From Colwellia polaris (GTDB lineage Archaea; Nanohalarchaeota; Nanosalinia; Nanosalinales; Nanosalinaceae): a DNA stretch of 17,394 nucleotides. The notes below the pieces were generated by a model. The model saw nothing but the letters and a program-made list of their open reading frames with translations, ran no database searches and was not told the DNA's origin. This document shows positions 13,976 to 17,394 of this stretch, piece by piece. The position numbers were made by a program, and so were the translations under genes. The stretch spans positions 1 through 17,394 of the forward strand of contig JBLGBK010000014.1 of assembly GCA_047617785.1 (NCBI GenBank), given 5' to 3'. Each line of letters starts with the position of its first letter. The first letter of the stretch is position 1.

Positions 13976-14746
13976 ATGATAGCTTCCTTGAATACTGATC
14001 TTTATGTTCAACTGGCGCTTTTCTTCGCCTCTATAATTTTTGGCGTAGGTGTGACACGTACATTTCTTATGCCTGCTGCAGGAAGAGTAATGGAAAGAAG
14101 AGATGGCGATATTAAAGCGGTTCATTCTGTACAAAATATTGTAGGATTAACAGGGCTTTTCGTCACCTTTACAGTGGCTCTGCAGATAGCTAACTTTGGA
14201 AATCTGCTGACTGTTCTGGGAACTATAGCTGCTGCAGCAACAGTTGCCATAGGTTTCGGAATGAGGGATCAGATATCGAGCCTTGTAGCAGGGATATTTA
14301 TCCATACAGATAATCCGTATGTCAAAGGAGACTACATCAGTATTGATGATCATGAAGGTGTTGTCCAAGAAGTAAAGCTTCGAGCAACAGTTATAGAGTC
14401 TAATAGCCATCCCAAGCAAGTTATACCGAACAACTTAGTTACTACGAAAACCTTGAAGAACTATACTAAAGGCAGAAAGACTAGGAAAAATATCCAGGTC
14501 AAAGTAGATCCTGATAAGGCTGATAAGGCATCTGAAATTCTTCAGAGTGTTGTTGAGTCGGATGAAGAGGTTTGGAAGAAGCCAGCGCCAAGCACAGACT
14601 TCAAATCAGTTGAAGATGATAAAATGGTTGTTGAGTCCTCTTTCTGGATAAGTAATCCGAAGGAGTCAAGAAGAATTAAAGATAAGCTGCTACGTTCTTA
14701 CAGCGGCCGTGCAGCGGAAGAAGGCTTGTTTGAAAAGGAATCATAG
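13976..14746 (+). CDS. mscS: Small-conductance mechanosensitive channel
   Basis: Three hydrophobic segments, then IGFGMRDQISSLVAGIFI, PYVKGDYI, EGVVQEVKLRAT and IPNN. Confidence 0.92.
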   Translation: MIASLNTDLYVQLALFFASIIFGVGVTRTFLMPAAGRVMERRDGDIKAVHSVQNIVGLTGLFVTFTVALQIANFGNLLTVLGTIAAAATVAIGFGMRDQISSLVAGIFIHTDNPYVKGDYISIDDHEGVVQEVKLRATVIESNSHPKQVIPNNLVTTKTLKNYTKGRKTRKNIQVKVDPDKADKASEILQSVVESDEEVWKKPAPSTDFKSVEDDKMVVESSFWISNPKESRRIKDKLLRSYSGRAAEEGLFEKES

Positions 14747-15181
14747 CTCGATATCTAGATTCTCTTCTGATTCGAGCACTACATTTGTTTTTGTTCCTTC
14801 TACTCCATCTATGTCTTGAAGGTTTCTTGCTCCTTTGTTCATATCCTGCCGGTCTTTGAACCTACATATTACTACTGCGTCGGTGTCTCCAGTTACGACG
14901 TAGACTGATTCGATATAGCTTACTTCCTTGAGTTCTTCTACAACTGAATCCATTTTTCCGCTTTCTGTGGTGAGTTGTATGATTGTTGTAAGTCCGAAGC
15001 CGAGTTTTTCGTAGTTGAGAACTGGTTTGAATCCTTTGATTACTTTGTTTTTCACAAGTTGGTTGAATCGGTTGCTGACTGTTGAAGCAGAGATATCAAC
15101 TCTTTCCGCTAATTTCCGGAGGGAGAGTCGCCCTTCTTTTCGGAGCTGTTCAATTATTTGAATATCTGAGTCATCTACCAT
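14741..15181 (-). CDS. Lrp/AsnC family transcriptional regulator
   Basis: N-terminal D..D..I...L....R.S...LA..V.IS.STV..R HTH, GFKPVLNYEKLG linker and RAM domain (VTGDTD). Convergent with mscS, 6-nt overlap. Confidence 0.93.
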   Translation of the reverse strand: MVDDSDIQIIEQLRKEGRLSLRKLAERVDISASTVSNRFNQLVKNKVIKGFKPVLNYEKLGFGLTTIIQLTTESGKMDSVVEELKEVSYIESVYVVTGDTDAVVICRFKDRQDMNKGARNLQDIDGVEGTKTNVVLESEENLDIEL

Positions 15182-15242
15182 GATAAGAAAATGTTTATAC
15201 AGAAAATTTAAGTTTTACTGGTTATTTGTTTGCGGTTTATTA

Positions 15243-15279
15243 TTTATACTAGCGGAACGTATATGTTACGTGGGAGGTG
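15243..15279 (+). promoter_or_regulatory. TATA box and Shine-Dalgarno for the zinc-finger microprotein
   Basis: TTTATA at 15243-15248, and GGAGGTG at 15273-15279, 8 nt before the ATG at 15288. Confidence 0.6.
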
Positions 15280-15287
15280 TCGGCTGA

Positions 15288-15392
15288 ATGACTAAAAAAG
15301 AATGCATGATCTGTGGGGAAAAAGTGAGCGGTCATCACGTACATATGGAGAAAACTAGTGTCCACAGAGAATGCTTAGACTCTGCGATCTAG
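15288..15392 (+). CDS. 34-aa zinc-finger microprotein (CxxC...HxxC), absent from the ORF track
   Basis: Translation MTKKECMICGEKVSGHHVHMEKTSVHRECLDSAI. Strong SD. Its stop shares CTAG (15389-15392) with the convergent gene's stop. Confidence 0.78.
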   Translation: MTKKECMICGEKVSGHHVHMEKTSVHRECLDSAI

Positions 15393-15913
15393 ATACGGTC
15401 AACTAGGTCGTCTTTCTTATCCTCGAACTCTTCTTTAGATATATTGCCGCGTTCATGCTGTTCTGAAATCTTCTCTAGTTTATCAGCAGGATCCGGATTC
15501 TTCTGGATATCTCTTATCAGCCCTGTAACTTTCAGTCCTGCGTCGTCCGGAACCATCAGCTCTTGCTTTCTACCTTCTGGAAGTTGTAGAATTACTTTGT
15601 CTAGCGTCTTCTTGTCGTTGACTTCCATCTTGTCGATACTGTCAATCTTGATGTCTCTGAACTGCTTCTTCTCGCCCAGCAGAGAAACTTTAGCGTCAGT
15701 TATGTCTAGAATCCTGAGATTTGTAACCACTACTATTTTCTTACCTTTGATATTACCAAGCTCTACGCCAGAAATAAGCTGAATCTTCTCTTTATCGCTT
15801 AATCGCTCCTTAATTCCGGAGAACTCTTCAACAGTTATATCCCCCAGAACTGTGACGTTTTCAAACTCGTTTTTGTGCTCTTCTTTAGGCTCGTCACGTT
15901 CGATATCAGTCAT
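15389..15913 (-). CDS. Bacterial-type PH domain protein with C-terminal SHOCT domain
   Basis: IVVVTNLRIL...IKIDSIDKMEV is typical of prokaryotic PH domains. ADKLEKISEQHERGNISKEEFEDKKDDL matches the SHOCT consensus. Confidence 0.8.
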   Translation of the reverse strand: MTDIERDEPKEEHKNEFENVTVLGDITVEEFSGIKERLSDKEKIQLISGVELGNIKGKKIVVVTNLRILDITDAKVSLLGEKKQFRDIKIDSIDKMEVNDKKTLDKVILQLPEGRKQELMVPDDAGLKVTGLIRDIQKNPDPADKLEKISEQHERGNISKEEFEDKKDDLVDRI

Positions 15914-15986
15914 TATATTTTGTCCAACACCTGAATATTAGTCGGCGATGTCTATAAACATTACTCCATATAAACTACATATAACC

Positions 15987-17039
15987 ATGGTTCTGCAGAA
16001 AATCAAGAGGATAGGATATGCTGTTGGAGCAATCAGCCTATTCATAATGGCGCTACAGCTCCTAAGCACCTCTACAGGGGATTTAACGCCCGTACTTGAG
16101 CAGAGCCTCAAACCATTACTCGATAACGACCTGAATTCGTTGGGCGCGGGTTGGATCACTGCATACCTAACACTCAATGGAACGACCGGGGCCGCCATAG
16201 GGCTTTCGCTATTCCACAGCGGGATAATAACTTCCACGCAACTCCTCACAATGCTTTCTGGATCTCGTCTAGCAGCAGCCTTCGTAGTCATACTCATCGG
16301 TGTGCTGGAATATTTCCAAGGTAAAGCAGACAGTATTAAGGACTCAACGTCGATAGGAATGATCTGCTTCCTCATCGCGTATACAATCTACACGCCAGCA
16401 ATAATGCTGTCATACTTTTACAGTAAGAACTTTCCGACAGGATTCCTCAATCTTTCAGGACCGGCGTTCCTGCAGAACTCACTTCTCTCAGTTTTCACTC
16501 CGGCAACTAACACCATAGCATCTATAACAGGCCCGGGACTAGGATTCTTCGTAGCGATAGGCCTATTAATTCTGGCACTGAGAATCTTCGGACTAGCATT
16601 CAACGGCTTAAATGCAGAAAGCCTGAGAGGAAACTACTTACAGTACTTGATGGGAAGTAAATGGATAGCATTTGCCACAGGCTCAATACTAACGCTTCTA
16701 ACCACGAGCGTATCTCTATCACTAGGAATAATCGTGCCTCTATACAATGAAGGGTTTATCAAACGTCAAGAGATCATTCCGTACATCATGGGAGCAAACC
16801 TTGCAACCATGATCAGTTTTGTAATTTCAGCGATGATTGTTGGGACAAAAGAAGGGATGGCACAAGTTCTAGTACTTACGGGAGGAATATTTGTCATAAC
16901 AACACTAGCTCTCATATTCTACAAGCAGTACTTCCAATTGCTTCAGAAGATGTTCGACGCGCTTGTAACCCGTACACCAGTCATGATAGCATTTATCGTC
17001 ACTCTGGTAGCAGTACCACTAGCAGCTCTTTTGATATAA
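15987..17039 (+). CDS. Na+/phosphate cotransporter-like membrane protein
   Basis: About 10 hydrophobic segments with two internal repeats (GSRLAAAF; TTSVSLS...IPYIMGANLAT, resembling GANIGT). The ATG at 15987 is preferred over 15948 because TATAAA (15953-15958) lies ~30 nt upstream of it. Confidence 0.78.
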   Translation: MVLQKIKRIGYAVGAISLFIMALQLLSTSTGDLTPVLEQSLKPLLDNDLNSLGAGWITAYLTLNGTTGAAIGLSLFHSGIITSTQLLTMLSGSRLAAAFVVILIGVLEYFQGKADSIKDSTSIGMICFLIAYTIYTPAIMLSYFYSKNFPTGFLNLSGPAFLQNSLLSVFTPATNTIASITGPGLGFFVAIGLLILALRIFGLAFNGLNAESLRGNYLQYLMGSKWIAFATGSILTLLTTSVSLSLGIIVPLYNEGFIKRQEIIPYIMGANLATMISFVISAMIVGTKEGMAQVLVLTGGIFVITTLALIFYKQYFQLLQKMFDALVTRTPVMIAFIVTLVAVPLAALLI

Positions 17040-17055
17040 TATAAAAAAGAGAACT

Positions 17056-17202
17056 TTACAGTTCTGCTAGCTTTAGATCTGTCTGTGCTTCTGGACTGAG
17101 TTCATCTTCTATTTCGTAACCAGCCACCTTATTTAGTTGCTTATATGCGTCTTTATCGCCTTCTTTTAGTTGTTTGTCGACGTATTCAATTGATTGCTTC
17201 AT
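17056..17202 (-). CDS. 48-aa acidic ORF, or the C-terminal part of a frameshifted gene
   Basis: MKQSIEYVDKQLKEGDKDAYKQLNKVAGYEIEDELSPEAQTDLKLAEL. ATGA overlap with the upstream ORF. Followed by a minus-strand T-tract (17043-17048). Confidence 0.45.
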   Translation of the reverse strand: MKQSIEYVDKQLKEGDKDAYKQLNKVAGYEIEDELSPEAQTDLKLAEL

Positions 17203-17394
17203 TTCTTTGCTGATCTGCTATGTAATCTTCCTTCTGTTACTTGCATTCTTGCTTTACTTTCGTAATCAAGTTGCTTTCCTTTATTGAATTTGTTGAGCTC
17301 TATTTGTTCGCCAGCATCAATCTCTTCGTAAGATTCTTTGCTAAGAGAAATTATCAATGCGTTTACTGTGTTAAATTCGTCTTTATCTAGGCTG
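17199..17394 (-). CDS. 3' end of a hypothetical protein entering from beyond the window
   Basis: Open frame SLDKDEFNTVNALIISLSKESYEEIDAGEQIEL...EGRLHSRSAKK*, with A-rich codon style like neighbouring genes. Confidence 0.55.
   Translation of the reverse strand, partial: SLDKDEFNTVNALIISLSKESYEEIDAGEQIELNKFNKGKQLDYESKARMQVTEGRLHSRSAKK

Noticed and set aside
15948-15986. Longer N-terminus for the symporter given by the ORF track
   Set aside because: This stretch contains the likely TATA box. The ATG at 15987 fits leaderless spacing better.
9783-16603. Shadow ORFs over the CBS, triad, dnaG, mscS, PH and symporter genes (e.g. 15444-15782, 15938-16375)
   Set aside because: They overlap better-supported genes on the opposite strand or frame, and their composition is unlike this acidic proteome.

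Overview
Core replication region of a halophilic archaeon. The very acidic proteins, moderate-to-low GC, tight gene packing and apparently leaderless promoters suggest Nanohaloarchaeota/DPANN (inference). The window opens with a replication origin (six ORB-like repeats and an AT-rich unwinding element). It is followed by cdc6/orc1, PolD DP1, an atypical HAD hydrolase, and PolD DP2 carrying a 489-aa LAGLIDADG intein. Next come a CBS/Zn-ribbon protein, an orphan ORF, an operon of three divergent paralogous proteins of unknown function, and a ~105-nt strongly structured intergenic element. The rest encodes DUF167, archaeal DnaG, MscS, an Lrp/AsnC regulator, a 34-aa zinc-finger microprotein missing from the ORF track, a PH+SHOCT protein, a Na+/phosphate symporter-like protein and a possibly frameshifted gene at the right edge. 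The best candidates for undescribed biology are the paralog triad (10711-12428) and the adjacent structured RNA-like element (12488-12591).
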